A stretch of 64,000 bases of DNA, taken from the NCBI RefSeq assembly GCF_058153355.1, contig NZ_CM177019.1, one strand, 5' to 3'. Below are positions 10,678 through 21,490 of the stretch, piece after piece. Numbering within the stretch: the first letter of the stretch is position 1; each line of letters begins with the position of its first letter. The notes under the pieces were generated by a model. It ran no database searches. It was not told the origin of the DNA and saw only the letters and a list, made by a program, of their open reading frames with translations. Both the position numbers and the translations under genes were made by a program.

Positions 10678-13329
10678 ATGAACGAACAATATTCCGCATT
10701 GCGTAGTAATGTCAGTATGCTCGGCAAAGTGCTGGGGGAAACCATCAAGGATGCGTTGGGAGAACACATTCTTGAACGCGTTGAAACTATCCGTAAGTTG
10801 TCCAAATCTTCACGCGCTGGCAATGATGCTAACCGCCAGGAGTTGCTCACCACTTTACAAAATTTGTCGAACGACGAGCTGCTGCCCGTTGCGCGTGCGT
10901 TTAGTCAGTTCCTGAATCTGGCTAACACCGCCGAGCAATACCATAGCATTTCGCCGAAAGGCGAAGCAGCCAGCAATCCGGAAGTGATCGCCCGCACCCT
11001 GCGTAAACTGAAAAACCAGCCGGAACTGAGCGAAGACACCATCAAAAAAGCAGTTGAATCGCTGTCGCTGGAACTGGTCCTCACGGCTCACCCAACCGAA
11101 ATTACCCGTCGTACGCTGATCCACAAAATGGTGGAAGTGAACGCCTGCTTAAAACAGCTCGACAACAAAGATATCGCCGACTACGAACATAACCAGCTGA
11201 TGCGCCGCCTGCGCCAGTTGATCGCCCAGTCATGGCATACCGATGAAATCCGTAAGCTGCGCCCAAGCCCGGTAGATGAGGCCAAATGGGGCTTTGCCGT
11301 AGTAGAAAACAGCCTGTGGCAAGGCGTACCGAATTACCTGCGCGAACTGAACGAACAACTGGAAGAGAACCTCGGCTACAAACTACCCGTCGAATTTGTT
11401 CCGGTGCGTTTTACCTCGTGGATGGGCGGCGACCGCGACGGAAACCCGAACGTCACTGCCGATATCACCCGCCACGTCCTGCTGCTCAGCCGCTGGAAAG
11501 CCACCGATCTGTTCCTGAAAGATATTCAAGTTCTGGTTTCTGAACTGTCGATGGTTGAAGCAACTCCGGAACTGCTGGCGCTGGTCGGCGAAGAAGGTGC
11601 CGCAGAACCGTATCGCTATCTGATGAAAAACCTGCGTTCCCGCTTGATGGCGACACAGGCATGGCTGGAAGCGCGCCTGAAAGGTGAAGAAGTACCAAAA
11701 CCAGAGGGTCTGCTGACGCAGAACGAAGAACTGTGGGAGCCGCTCTACGCTTGCTACCAGTCCCTTCAGGCGTGTGGCATGGGTATTATTGCCAACGGCG
11801 ATCTGCTCGACACCCTGCGCCGCGTGAAATGTTTCGGTGTACCGCTGGTCCGTATTGATATCCGTCAGGAGAGCACCCGTCATACCGAAGCGCTGGGCGA
11901 ACTGACCCGCTACCTCGGCATCGGCGACTACGAAAGCTGGTCAGAGGCCGACAAACAGGCGTTCCTGATCCGCGAACTGAACTCCAAACGCCCTCTTCTG
12001 CCGCGTAACTGGCAACCGAGCGCCGAAACGCGCGAAGTACTTGATACCTGTCAGGTAATTGCTGAAGCACCGCAAGGTTCCATTGCCGCCTACGTGATCT
12101 CGATGGCAAAAACGCCGTCCGACGTACTGGCTGTACACCTGCTGCTGAAAGAAGCGGGTATTGGATTTGCGATGCCGGTTGCACCGCTGTTTGAAACCCT
12201 TGATGACCTGAACAACGCCAACGATGTCATGACCCAGTTGCTCAATATCGACTGGTATCGCGGCCTGATTCAGGGCAAACAGATGGTGATGATTGGCTAT
12301 TCCGACTCAGCAAAAGATGCGGGGGTGATGGCGGCTTCCTGGGCGCAATATCAGGCACAGGATGCATTAATCAAAACCTGCGAAAAAGCGGGTATTGAAC
12401 TGACGCTGTTCCACGGCCGCGGCGGTTCCATTGGTCGCGGCGGCGCACCTGCCCATGCGGCGCTACTGTCACAACCGCCAGGAAGCCTGAAAGGCGGCCT
12501 TCGCGTGACCGAACAGGGCGAGATGATCCGCTTTAAATATGGTCTGCCAGAAATCACCGTTAGCAGCCTGTCGCTGTACACCGGGGCGATTCTGGAAGCC
12601 AACCTGCTGCCACCGCCGGAGCCGAAAGAGAGCTGGCGTCGCATTATGGATGAACTGTCAGTCATCTCCTGCGATCTCTACCGTGGCTACGTACGTGAAA
12701 ACAAAGATTTTGTGCCGTACTTCCGCTCCGCTACGCCGGAACAAGAGCTGGGCAAACTGCCGTTGGGTTCACGTCCGGCGAAACGTCGCCCGACCGGCGG
12801 CGTCGAGTCACTGCGCGCCATTCCGTGGATTTTTGCCTGGACACAAAACCGCCTGATGCTCCCCGCCTGGCTGGGTGCAGGTACGGCGCTGCAAAAAGTG
12901 GTCGAAGATGGCAAGCAGAGCGAACTGGAAGCCATGTGCCGCGACTGGCCATTCTTCTCGACGCGTCTCGGCATGCTGGAGATGGTCTTCGCCAAAGCAG
13001 ACCTGTGGCTGGCGGAATACTATGATCAACGTCTGGTAGACAAAGCATTGTGGCCGTTAGGTAAAGAGTTACGTAATCTGCAAGAAGAAGACATCAAAGT
13101 GGTGCTGGCGATTGCCAACGATTCTCACCTGATGGCCGATCTGCCGTGGATTGCGGAGTCTATTCAGCTGCGAAATATTTACACCGACCCACTGAACGTA
13201 TTGCAGGCCGAGTTGCTGCACCGCTCCCGCCAGGCAGAAAAAGAAGGCCAGGAACCGGATCCTCGCGTCGAGCAAGCGTTAATGGTTACTATTGCCGGGA
13301 TTGCGGCAGGTATGCGTAATACCGGCTAA
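10678..13329 (+). CDS. ppc: phosphoenolpyruvate carboxylase
   Basis: 883-aa [46 protein letters not shown]; C-terminal ...AGMRNTG. Confidence 0.97.
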   Translation: MNEQYSALRSNVSMLGKVLGETIKDALGEHILERVETIRKLSKSSRAGNDANRQELLTTLQNLSNDELLPVARAFSQFLNLANTAEQYHSISPKGEAASNPEVIARTLRKLKNQPELSEDTIKKAVESLSLELVLTAHPTEITRRTLIHKMVEVNACLKQLDNKDIADYEHNQLMRRLRQLIAQSWHTDEIRKLRPSPVDEAKWGFAVVENSLWQGVPNYLRELNEQLEENLGYKLPVEFVPVRFTSWMGGDRDGNPNVTADITRHVLLLSRWKATDLFLKDIQVLVSELSMVEATPELLALVGEEGAAEPYRYLMKNLRSRLMATQAWLEARLKGEEVPKPEGLLTQNEELWEPLYACYQSLQACGMGIIANGDLLDTLRRVKCFGVPLVRIDIRQESTRHTEALGELTRYLGIGDYESWSEADKQAFLIRELNSKRPLLPRNWQPSAETREVLDTCQVIAEAPQGSIAAYVISMAKTPSDVLAVHLLLKEAGIGFAMPVAPLFETLDDLNNANDVMTQLLNIDWYRGLIQGKQMVMIGYSDSAKDAGVMAASWAQYQAQDALIKTCEKAGIELTLFHGRGGSIGRGGAPAHAALLSQPPGSLKGGLRVTEQGEMIRFKYGLPEITVSSLSLYTGAILEANLLPPPEPKESWRRIMDELSVISCDLYRGYVRENKDFVPYFRSATPEQELGKLPLGSRPAKRRPTGGVESLRAIPWIFAWTQNRLMLPAWLGAGTALQKVVEDGKQSELEAMCRDWPFFSTRLGMLEMVFAKADLWLAEYYDQRLVDKALWPLGKELRNLQEEDIKVVLAIANDSHLMADLPWIAESIQLRNIYTDPLNVLQAELLHRSRQAEKEGQEPDPRVEQALMVTIAGIAAGMRNTG

Positions 13330-13346
13330 TCTTCCCCCCTCCTGCA

Positions 13347-13376
13347 AACCCTCGTGCTTTTGCGCGAGGGTTTTCT
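13347..13376 (+). terminator. intrinsic terminator downstream of ppc
   Basis: aaccctcgtgcttttgcgcgagggtttt: GC-rich inverted repeat followed by T-run. Confidence 0.7.
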
Positions 13377-13512
13377 GAAATACTTCTGTTCTAACACCCT
13401 CGTTTTCAATATATTTCTGTCTGCATTTTATTCAAATTCTGGATATCCCTTCAGATATCCTTAAGGAATTGTCGTTACATTCGGCGATATTTTTTCAAGA
13501 CAGGTTCTTACT

Positions 13513-15246
13513 ATGCATTCCACAGAAGTCCAGGCTAAACCTCTTTTTAGCTGGAAAGCCCTGGGTTGGGCACTGCTCTACTTTTGGTTTTTCTCTACTC
13601 TGCTACAGGCCATTATTTACATCAGTGGTTATAGTGGCACTAACGGCATTCGCGACTCGCTGTTATTCAGTTCGCTGTGGTTGATCCCGGTATTCCTCTT
13701 TCCGAAGCGGATTAAAATTATTGCCGCAGTAATCGGCGTAGTGCTATGGGCGGCCTCTCTGGCGGCGCTGTGCTACTACGTCATCTACGGTCAGGAGTTC
13801 TCGCAGAGCGTTCTGTTTGTGATGTTCGAAACCAACACCAACGAAGCCAGCGAGTATTTAAGCCAGTATTTCAGCCTGAAAATTGTGCTTATCGCGCTGG
13901 CCTATACGGCGGTGGCAGTTCTGCTGTGGACACGCCTGCGCCCGGTCTATATTCCAAAGTCGTGGCGTTATGTTGTCTCTTTTGCCCTGCTTTATGGCTT
14001 GATTCTGCATCCGATCGCCATGAATACGTTTATCAAAAACAAGCCGTTTGAGAAAACGTTGGATAACCTGGCATCGCGTATGGAGCCTGCCGCACCGTGG
14101 CAATTCCTGACCGGTTATTATCAGTATCGTCAGCAACTAAACTCGCTAACAAAGCTACTGAATGAAAATAATGCCTTGCCGCCGCTGGCTAATTTCAAAG
14201 ATGAATCAGGTAACGAACCGCGCACCTTAGTGCTGGTGATTGGCGAGTCGACCCAGCGTGGACGCATGAGTCTGTACGGTTATCCGCGTGAAACCACGCC
14301 GGAGCTGGATGCGCTGCATAAAACCGATCCGAATCTGACCGTGTTTAATAACGTGGTGACGTCTCGTCCGTACACCATTGAAATCCTGCAACAGGCGCTG
14401 ACTTTTGCCAATGAAAAGAACCCGGATCTGTATCTGACGCAGCCGTCGCTGATGAACATGATGAAACAGGCGGGTTATAAAACCTTCTGGATCACCAACC
14501 AGCAAACGATGACCGCCCGCAATACCATGCTGACGGTATTTTCGCGCCAGACCGACAAGCAGTACTACATGAACCAGCAACGTACGCAGAGTGCGCGTGA
14601 ATACGACACCAACGTGCTGAAGCCGTTCCAGGAAGTGCTGAATGACCCTGCGCCGAAGAAACTGATCATCGTTCATCTGCTGGGTACGCATATCAAATAC
14701 AAATACCGCTACCCGGAAAATCAGGGCAAGTTTGATGGCAATACCGATCATGTTCCGCCGGGACTAAGCGCAGAAGAGCTGGAGTCATATAACGATTATG
14801 ATAACGCTAACCTGTATAACGATCATGTGGTTGCCAGCCTGATTAAAGACTTTAAAGCAGCAGACCCGAACGGTTTCCTGGTTTACTTCTCTGACCACGG
14901 TGAAGAGGTTTACGACACGCCGCCGCACAAAACTCAGGGGCGTAATGAGGACAACCCGACGCGTCATATGTACACCATTCCGTTCCTGCTGTGGACGTCA
15001 GAAAAATGGCAAGCGACTCATCCGCGTGATTTCTCGCAGGATGTTGATCGTAAATACAGCCTGGCGGAACTGATCCACACCTGGTCAGATTTGGCGGGCT
15101 TATCTTACGACGGTTACGATCCAACCCGTTCAGTGGTGAATCCGCAGTTCAAAGAAACTACCCGCTGGATTGGTAACCCGTACAAGAAAAACGCGCTGAT
15201 CGATTACGACACTCTGCCGTATGGCGATCAGGTGGGTAATCAGTAA
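13513..15246 (+). CDS. eptC: phosphoethanolamine transferase (sulfatase-family membrane enzyme)
   Basis: 577-aa ORF with an N-terminal multi-helix membrane domain and sulfatase-like C-terminal domain; matches E. coli EptC (YijP) from memory. Confidence 0.9.
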   Translation: MHSTEVQAKPLFSWKALGWALLYFWFFSTLLQAIIYISGYSGTNGIRDSLLFSSLWLIPVFLFPKRIKIIAAVIGVVLWAASLAALCYYVIYGQEFSQSVLFVMFETNTNEASEYLSQYFSLKIVLIALAYTAVAVLLWTRLRPVYIPKSWRYVVSFALLYGLILHPIAMNTFIKNKPFEKTLDNLASRMEPAAPWQFLTGYYQYRQQLNSLTKLLNENNALPPLANFKDESGNEPRTLVLVIGESTQRGRMSLYGYPRETTPELDALHKTDPNLTVFNNVVTSRPYTIEILQQALTFANEKNPDLYLTQPSLMNMMKQAGYKTFWITNQQTMTARNTMLTVFSRQTDKQYYMNQQRTQSAREYDTNVLKPFQEVLNDPAPKKLIIVHLLGTHIKYKYRYPENQGKFDGNTDHVPPGLSAEELESYNDYDNANLYNDHVVASLIKDFKAADPNGFLVYFSDHGEEVYDTPPHKTQGRNEDNPTRHMYTIPFLLWTSEKWQATHPRDFSQDVDRKYSLAELIHTWSDLAGLSYDGYDPTRSVVNPQFKETTRWIGNPYKKNALIDYDTLPYGDQVGNQ

Positions 15247-15319
15247 ATGACCTTTGTATCGCGTCTGGCACTATTTGCCGGATGCGATACTGGCACAATG
15301 TTTACATCGCACTCCCATC

Positions 15320-15348
15320 AGGCCACACTTTTCAGGTGGCCTTTTTTA
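15320..15348 (+). terminator. intrinsic terminator downstream of eptC
   Basis: aggccacacttttcaggtggcctttttt hairpin plus T-run. Confidence 0.7.
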
Positions 15349-15394
15349 ATAATGCCAGTTACTGTTTTCCCGACTACCTACCTAAGGGAATAAC

Positions 15395-16246
15395 ATGTAT
15401 CACGACGTCAGCTATCTGCTCTCCCGCCTGATCAACGGCCCGCTGTCGCTGCGCCAGATTTACTTTGCCAGCAGCAACGGCCCGGTGCCCGATCTTGCGT
15501 ATCAGGTCGATTTTCCACGGCTGGAAATTGTGCTGGAAGGCGAGTTTGTTGATACCGGCGCTGGCGCAACGTTAGTTCCCGGCGATGTACTGTACGTTCC
15601 CGCTGGCGGCTGGAATTTCCCACAATGGAAAACACCCGCTACCACCTTTAGTGTGTTGTTTGGCAAACAACAACTCGGTTTCAGCGTCGTGCAATGGGAT
15701 GGCAAACAGTATCAAAATCTGGCGAAGCAACACGTCGCCCGACGCGGCCCGCGCATTGGTTCTTTTCTGCTACAAACGCTCAATGAAATGCAAATGCAGT
15801 CGCAAGAGCAGCAAACGGCAAGGCTTATCGTCGCCAGCCTGCTTAGCCACTGCCGCGATTTGCTTGGTAGCCAAATCCAGACCGCCTCACGCAGCCAGGC
15901 ACTATTCGAAGCTATTCGCGATTATATCGACGAACGCTATGCCTCCGCGCTTACCCGCGAATCTGTCGCACAGGCATTCTATATTTCACCAAACTATCTC
16001 TCGCACCTGTTTCAAAAAACGGGGGCCATTGGTTTTAACGAATACCTGAATCACACGCGACTGGAACACGCTAAGACGTTATTGAAAGGCTATGACCTGA
16101 AGGTAAAAGAAGTGGCGCACGCCTGCGGCTTTGTTGACAGCAACTACTTCTGCCGTCTGTTTCGTAAAAACACCGAACGCTCGCCGTCGGAATATCGTCG
16201 GCAATACCATAGCCAACTGACAGAAAAATCGACTACTCCAGAATAA
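15395..16246 (+). CDS. yijO: AraC-family transcriptional regulator
   Basis: 283-aa ORF; C-terminal AraC-type HTH region (...NYLSHLFQKTGAIGFNEYLNHTRLEHAKTLLK...); position after eptC as in E. coli. Confidence 0.85.
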   Translation: MYHDVSYLLSRLINGPLSLRQIYFASSNGPVPDLAYQVDFPRLEIVLEGEFVDTGAGATLVPGDVLYVPAGGWNFPQWKTPATTFSVLFGKQQLGFSVVQWDGKQYQNLAKQHVARRGPRIGSFLLQTLNEMQMQSQEQQTARLIVASLLSHCRDLLGSQIQTASRSQALFEAIRDYIDERYASALTRESVAQAFYISPNYLSHLFQKTGAIGFNEYLNHTRLEHAKTLLKGYDLKVKEVAHACGFVDSNYFCRLFRKNTERSPSEYRRQYHSQLTEKSTTPE

Positions 16247-16574
16247 GATGGGTTTGCTGCGGCGCAGAAAGCACTTTACGCACCGCGCTCATCACCCGCT
16301 GCGGCTCACGCAGGAACGCGTAGATGCTGCATTGCACGTAGCGGCAATGTTCAAATCGCTCAGCACCGGCAAGTTCAATATCCGTAATCAACAGCGCAAC
16401 ATCCGCCCGGCGGATATCCTCGTCCGCTAAACGATTCTCCGTTCCCAAAGCACCCTGAGTTTCAATTCTGACGCCCCACTTCTCTAACTGGCACAACTTT
16501 TCCAGCCGTTCCGCCGCCATATAAGTATGCGCCACGCCGCTTACGCAGGCGGTTACTGCCACCAGGTATGCCAT
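16233..16574 (-). CDS. frwD: PTS fructose-like EIIB component 2
   Basis: 113-aa ORF MAYLVAVTACVSGVAHTYMAAERLEKL, PTS IIB fold with the active-site Cys in TACxSGVAHTYMAAE. Confidence 0.9.
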   Translation of the reverse strand: MAYLVAVTACVSGVAHTYMAAERLEKLCQLEKWGVRIETQGALGTENRLADEDIRRADVALLITDIELAGAERFEHCRYVQCSIYAFLREPQRVMSAVRKVLSAPQQTHLILE

Positions 16575-16575
16575 T

Positions 16576-17454
16576 TTAACCTCCCACGGTAACCTGAAAT
16601 CCGGCCCGTTCTGCCATTTCGCGCATCGTTGTCACATCGGCTGACGACGGCGCAGGCACCTCTTTCATCGACCATGTTTTCCCCAGCAGGCGGTATTTCG
16701 GTTCGCCGTACTGGTGAAACGGTAACAGATGGATCTGCCTGATATTCAGCGGGATCAGTACGTCCAGCGCCTGCTGCATATTCTCCCGACTGAGCGTGAA
16801 ACCTGGGATCAGTGGCAAGCGCGGTATCACATTAACACCTTCGCTCACCAGCAAACGCAGGTTCTCCAGCACGCGCGGCAGGTTCATCTTCACCACATCC
16901 CGCGCCTGAGTTGCATCCATTATTTTTAAATCGAACAACACTTCATCGCACAATTTCGCCAGCGGTAACAGCTTGCTGGCTGGAGCGTCTCCGGCAGTTT
17001 CGATGGCGCATGACACGCCCCACAGACGAAGTCGCTGTAAAAAACGGGTAGCAAACTCCGCCTGCATTAACACTTCGCCGCCAGAAAGCGTGACGCCACC
17101 GCCGGACGCGCGAAAGAAAATGTCATCTTTCATCACTTCCCGCTCCAGCGCGTCAAGGCTGATATCGCGACCAATCCGTTCAAACGCGCCGGAGGGGCAT
17201 TCATCCGCATCACGCAAACATTTTGCGCAGTGCAGGCATTTCGCCTCTCTGCGCACCGTCTGGATTTTGCCGGAGATCGACTCCGGATTAGCACACCACG
17301 GGCAAAGATGCGGGCAGCCTTTAAAAAAGACCACCGTACGAATGCCCTCGCCGTCATTCAGTGAATAACGCTGAATGTTGAAAATGCGCGCCACATCATC
17401 GCGGCGCGTTTCCACAACGTTACAGCTGATGCGCTGTCCGGCGGATGATGTCAT
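16576..17454 (-). CDS. pflC: glycyl-radical enzyme activating protein (radical SAM)
   Basis: ORF 16576..17481; CPHLCPWCANPE radical-SAM cysteine motif; start trimmed to MTSSAGQRISCNVVE for 292 aa. Confidence 0.9.
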   Translation of the reverse strand: MTSSAGQRISCNVVETRRDDVARIFNIQRYSLNDGEGIRTVVFFKGCPHLCPWCANPESISGKIQTVRREAKCLHCAKCLRDADECPSGAFERIGRDISLDALEREVMKDDIFFRASGGGVTLSGGEVLMQAEFATRFLQRLRLWGVSCAIETAGDAPASKLLPLAKLCDEVLFDLKIMDATQARDVVKMNLPRVLENLRLLVSEGVNVIPRLPLIPGFTLSRENMQQALDVLIPLNIRQIHLLPFHQYGEPKYRLLGKTWSMKEVPAPSSADVTTMREMAERAGFQVTVGG

Positions 17455-19717
17455 CCTGGATCTCCTTCGACAATTCGACAAAGAAGGCGCTGTATCCGGC
17501 TACGCGCACCACCAGCCCGGCATAGTCCTGTGGGCGCTGTTGGGCTTCCCGCAACGTGTCAGCGTTCACCACGTTAAACTGAATATGCTGCAACTTAAGC
17601 TGGGTAAATGCCCGTAAGAAGTCGGCCAGTTTGCGTAATCCCGCTTCACCTTCCAGGGTCGCCGGAGTGAATTTCACGTTCAGCAACGTACCGTTAGAAA
17701 GCAGCGTGTTATCGAGCTTGCTGACTGATTTCAGTACCGCCGTTGGTCCTTGTGCATCCTGGCCCAGCATGGGAGACAAACCACCGTCTGCCAGTTGTTC
17801 CCCGGCAAAACGGCCGTCTGGCGTCGCACCAACCACCGCTCCCAACGGGACGTGAGCAGAAACGGTATACGATCCCGGCGTGAAGTAGCCGCCGCGCGGG
17901 TTCTGGTATTTTTCCACTTCTTTGCAGTAATGACGCAGGAGTTCGGCGCTAATGTTATCCACCTCGTCGATATCGTTACCGTATTTCTCAAAGCGGTTAA
18001 TTAAGCGAGCGCGGATTTTTTCGCCTTCTGGCGTTGCGAAGTTAGCTTTTAATACCGACAGCAATTCGTCAAAACTTAAACGCTGTTGATCAAAAATCAT
18101 CCCTTTCAACGCATGGAGAGAATCGCTCAGGTTGGCGATACCGATCCCCTGTACGCCGGAGAAGTTATAACGCGCGCCGCCATCGGTAATATCGCGGCCT
18201 TTTTCCAGACAATCGCTGATAAACGATGAGAGCAGCGGTACAGGAGCCCAGTCACGATGGCCGATATCACAAATATTGCTGCCTTCAACCATCAGGGTGA
18301 TGTAGTGGCTGATCTTGACGCGGATCTGTTCCAGCAAACCTTCATAACTCAGCGCGGCATTGCCTTCATTTTCATGCAAGCAGATTTCCATCACTTTCAG
18401 CAGGTTAAACATCGCGATGTCATGCAAGCCGTAGGTTCTGCCAGGAATAGATAATTCCACGCAGCCCACTACGGAATAGTCGCGCGCATCTTCCAGCGAA
18501 ACGCCACGGTTGAGGAACGCTGGCACCACCACTTCATCGTTGAAGATTTGCGGAATACCCGTGCCGAGGCGAATGGTTTCTGCGGTTTTCATCAGGAACG
18601 GCGTGTCGATCAAGGCGTTAGTGCGCACACCCAGGTTCGGTTGTGGTAATTGCACGCTTTGATAGGCATCGAGGCAAAGGAACGAAAGCACGTTCACCGC
18701 GCTACGTCCGTTTTCGGTTAACCCACCGAGCAGGGCGGTATAGCCGGTCGGGAAACCTGCAAAATAGCGCGCGCTGCTGGTGGAGCGTAACAGCACGATG
18801 TCGTTGCATTTCACCCATAAAGATTCGAGCAGCTCTTTCAGGAACGCTGGATCTTCGCCCTGGGTTAATGATGCCTGATAGAACGGCAACATATACTGGT
18901 CGAAGCGCCCTAAAGACAGCGAGCTGGCGTTGGATTCGTATTGCAGAATGATGTTCATGTACCAGAACAACTGGCACGCCTGCCAGAATGTCTGTGGCTT
19001 ATGTTCGGCGTTATGGCGGGAGATCTCCGCGATAGTCAGCAGTTCTTCGCGACGCTGGGCATCAGTGCAGTTTGCCGCCATCGTTTCCGCCAGTTCGGCG
19101 TAACGCAAAATGTGTTTCTGCGAGGCTTCGAGCAATAACAGCGCAGCCTGATAAAAGTGATTCTCCGGCTGTTGCTGGCAATGTTGCTGCATCTGCGCCA
19201 CCAGCTCACCCAGCCCGTGATTCAGCAGGCGCGGGTAATCAATAATGATGTGCCCCTGGCCTTTATCTGTCTGGTTGATACTGAAAATCTGCGTGCTGGT
19301 CGCGGCTTTTACTTCATCCGTCATCTGCCCGTTAATAAAATCTTTCATCGAGCGTTTTTCCCAGTATGGGAACAGCTCTTCGCGGTAGATACGTTTATCT
19401 TCTTCACTAATGGCGAAGCGGTCCTGCGGTCGCGTCGGAAATTGATCCAGCTCTTTCAGCAGCCAGTAAGGGTCCATTTCCGGCGACATAATCCCGGCGC
19501 GCGGTTTTACGGTACGGTTACCAGCAATCAGTTCTTCATCACGAATCGAAATTTCAACATGTTCAAGGATATACGCTGTTGCTTTCGCCCGGCGCAATAT
19601 CACTGGTTCGCCTTCGGTTTGCCGATGGCTGGCGGTATAAAGCAGCGCCCGCTCCAGCGAGATTTCACGGGTATTAGCAAACAGTGCAGTTTTAAGGCGA
19701 GAGATACGATTCGTCAT
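17420..19717 (-). CDS. pflD: pyruvate formate-lyase-like glycyl radical enzyme
   Basis: 765-aa ORF with glycyl-radical fingerprint RVAGYSA near the C-terminus; matches E. coli PflD. Confidence 0.93.
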   Translation of the reverse strand: MTNRISRLKTALFANTREISLERALLYTASHRQTEGEPVILRRAKATAYILEHVEISIRDEELIAGNRTVKPRAGIMSPEMDPYWLLKELDQFPTRPQDRFAISEEDKRIYREELFPYWEKRSMKDFINGQMTDEVKAATSTQIFSINQTDKGQGHIIIDYPRLLNHGLGELVAQMQQHCQQQPENHFYQAALLLLEASQKHILRYAELAETMAANCTDAQRREELLTIAEISRHNAEHKPQTFWQACQLFWYMNIILQYESNASSLSLGRFDQYMLPFYQASLTQGEDPAFLKELLESLWVKCNDIVLLRSTSSARYFAGFPTGYTALLGGLTENGRSAVNVLSFLCLDAYQSVQLPQPNLGVRTNALIDTPFLMKTAETIRLGTGIPQIFNDEVVVPAFLNRGVSLEDARDYSVVGCVELSIPGRTYGLHDIAMFNLLKVMEICLHENEGNAALSYEGLLEQIRVKISHYITLMVEGSNICDIGHRDWAPVPLLSSFISDCLEKGRDITDGGARYNFSGVQGIGIANLSDSLHALKGMIFDQQRLSFDELLSVLKANFATPEGEKIRARLINRFEKYGNDIDEVDNISAELLRHYCKEVEKYQNPRGGYFTPGSYTVSAHVPLGAVVGATPDGRFAGEQLADGGLSPMLGQDAQGPTAVLKSVSKLDNTLLSNGTLLNVKFTPATLEGEAGLRKLADFLRAFTQLKLQHIQFNVVNADTLREAQQRPQDYAGLVVRVAGYSAFFVELSKEIQDDIIRRTAHQL

Positions 19718-19767
19718 GAGGAACTCCTGTGGGAAAGCGAACCCGCCCTTACGGGCGGGATAAGAAC

Positions 19768-20088
19768 TTAAGCGGTTTGCGCCAGGTGAGCTTCAATTTT
19801 GCTCATAATGGCATCAGCACGTTTTACCGCGTCGCTGATGTTGACGCGCACAATGGTCTTGCCAGCAAAACGCTCTTCAAACTTGATGCCGATATCTTTG
19901 GTCAGAATCACCATATCGGCGCTCGCCACATCTTCCGCAGTCAGTTCATTTTCCAGACCAATCGAGCCCTGGGTTTCTACTTTCACTTCCCAGCCTTTCG
20001 CTTTCGCGGCACTTTCCAGCGCCTCTGCCGCCATATAAGTATGGGCAACACCAGATGGACATGCGGTTACTGCAATAATTTTCGTCAT
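19768..20088 (-). CDS. frwB: PTS fructose-like EIIB component 1
   Basis: 106-aa ORF MTKIIAVTACPSGVAHTYMAAEALESAAKAKGWEVKVETQG. Confidence 0.9.
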   Translation of the reverse strand: MTKIIAVTACPSGVAHTYMAAEALESAAKAKGWEVKVETQGSIGLENELTAEDVASADMVILTKDIGIKFEERFAGKTIVRVNISDAVKRADAIMSKIEAHLAQTA

Positions 20089-20102
20089 GGCTCGTTCCTC
20101 AA

Positions 20103-21182
20103 TTAATTAATTTCAAAATCCAAATCCAGGTCGTCTTCTTTTTCATCAGTCGAAGACCCATTTTTACGCGCCAGACTTTTCAGCACGTTCACGCAGACTG
20201 CCGTCACCACTGCTCCGACAGCCACTGCGGCGATATAACCCAGCTTGCCTTCAACCACCGGCAGCACAATCAGACCACCCCAGCCTGCATAGCACTGCGC
20301 ACCGACCAGCGCCGCAGTTACTGCACCACAAACTGAACCGACCATGATGGAAGGAATAACACGCAGCGGATCGGCAGCGGCAAAAGGAATCGCCCCTTCA
20401 GTAACCCCAACGCACCCCATCACCAACGCCGCTTTGCCGGTTTCGCGCTCTTCTGCGGAGAAATTTTTACGACCAATCAGCGTCGCCAGCCCCATGCCCA
20501 ACGGTGGAACACAAATCCCAACAGCGGCAATAGCCACCACGGTATAAACACCCTGAGCAACGCAAATCAGCATGAAGGCATAGGCCACTTTGTTAACCGG
20601 ACCGCCCATATCGAACGCCAGCATCAGCCCCATGATCACCGCCAGCATAACAATGCTGCCCTGCTGCATCCCCTGTAGCCACTGAGTCAGGCTGTTGGTC
20701 AACGCCCCCACCGGCTCGCCCAGTCCCCACATCATGACACCAGCGGTAATCAGTGTGCCGACGATCGGAATGATGAAGATTGGCATCACCGAGCGCAGAA
20801 CTTTATGCACCGGAATTTTCTTCAGATAATGCACCACGATGCCGCCGATAATCCCTGCGATCAGCGCACCAAAGAAGCCCGCGCCAAAGCTGTTACCAAC
20901 CCAGGCACCGATGGCGCACGGAGCCAGCGCAGAACGTTCTGCAATGGAATAACCGATGTACGCTGCGAGGAAAGGCACCATCAGCGTCAACCCCGCAACG
21001 CCGATATCAAACAGTTTTTTCAGATTCGGATCGGCTACGGCATCCGGCACTGCGCCTTTGCCATACAACATGACGGAAACCGCCAGCAAAATACCGCCCG
21101 ATACCACGAAGGGAATCATATGTGAAACGCCCGTCATTAAATGCTGACGGGTATTTTTCAGGATCTGCACCAACTCATTCAT
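20103..21182 (-). CDS. frwC: PTS fructose-like EIIC permease
   Basis: ORF 20103..21203; polytopic membrane protein; start trimmed to MNELVQILKNTRQHLMTGVSHMIPF for 359 aa. Confidence 0.9.
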   Translation of the reverse strand: MNELVQILKNTRQHLMTGVSHMIPFVVSGGILLAVSVMLYGKGAVPDAVADPNLKKLFDIGVAGLTLMVPFLAAYIGYSIAERSALAPCAIGAWVGNSFGAGFFGALIAGIIGGIVVHYLKKIPVHKVLRSVMPIFIIPIVGTLITAGVMMWGLGEPVGALTNSLTQWLQGMQQGSIVMLAVIMGLMLAFDMGGPVNKVAYAFMLICVAQGVYTVVAIAAVGICVPPLGMGLATLIGRKNFSAEERETGKAALVMGCVGVTEGAIPFAAADPLRVIPSIMVGSVCGAVTAALVGAQCYAGWGGLIVLPVVEGKLGYIAAVAVGAVVTAVCVNVLKSLARKNGSSTDEKEDDLDLDFEIN

Positions 21183-21490
21183 AAGCTGCTCCCGGGCTTG
21201 CAAAAGCCCATGTCCATATTTTTGATGGAGGAAACAATAGGCAATCGCAGGCGGAGCAAACAGTGGATAAAAAGGCCATTTACTGGACTTTTGTAATATC
21301 AGTACAAAAATGCGATCCGCCTCATAACTTGCGATAACCCGGAAGCATGCCGCAGAACGGCGTCTTGTGAGACGCGTCGCAAATTGACGGTTACATTACA
21401 TTTGTCCAGCTTTTGGCAGATTTGTCACATGGCAGGCCGTTGCCGTGCGCTCTTATCCTGTAAACAGAGAACCGTACCGGGAGAGAGGCA

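Noticed and set aside
16233-21203. frwCB-pflDC-frwD cluster considered as a novel glycyl-radical enzyme system
   Set aside because: This is the known cryptic frw/pfl locus of E. coli in its usual genomic context; nothing in the sequence suggests a difference from the described arrangement.
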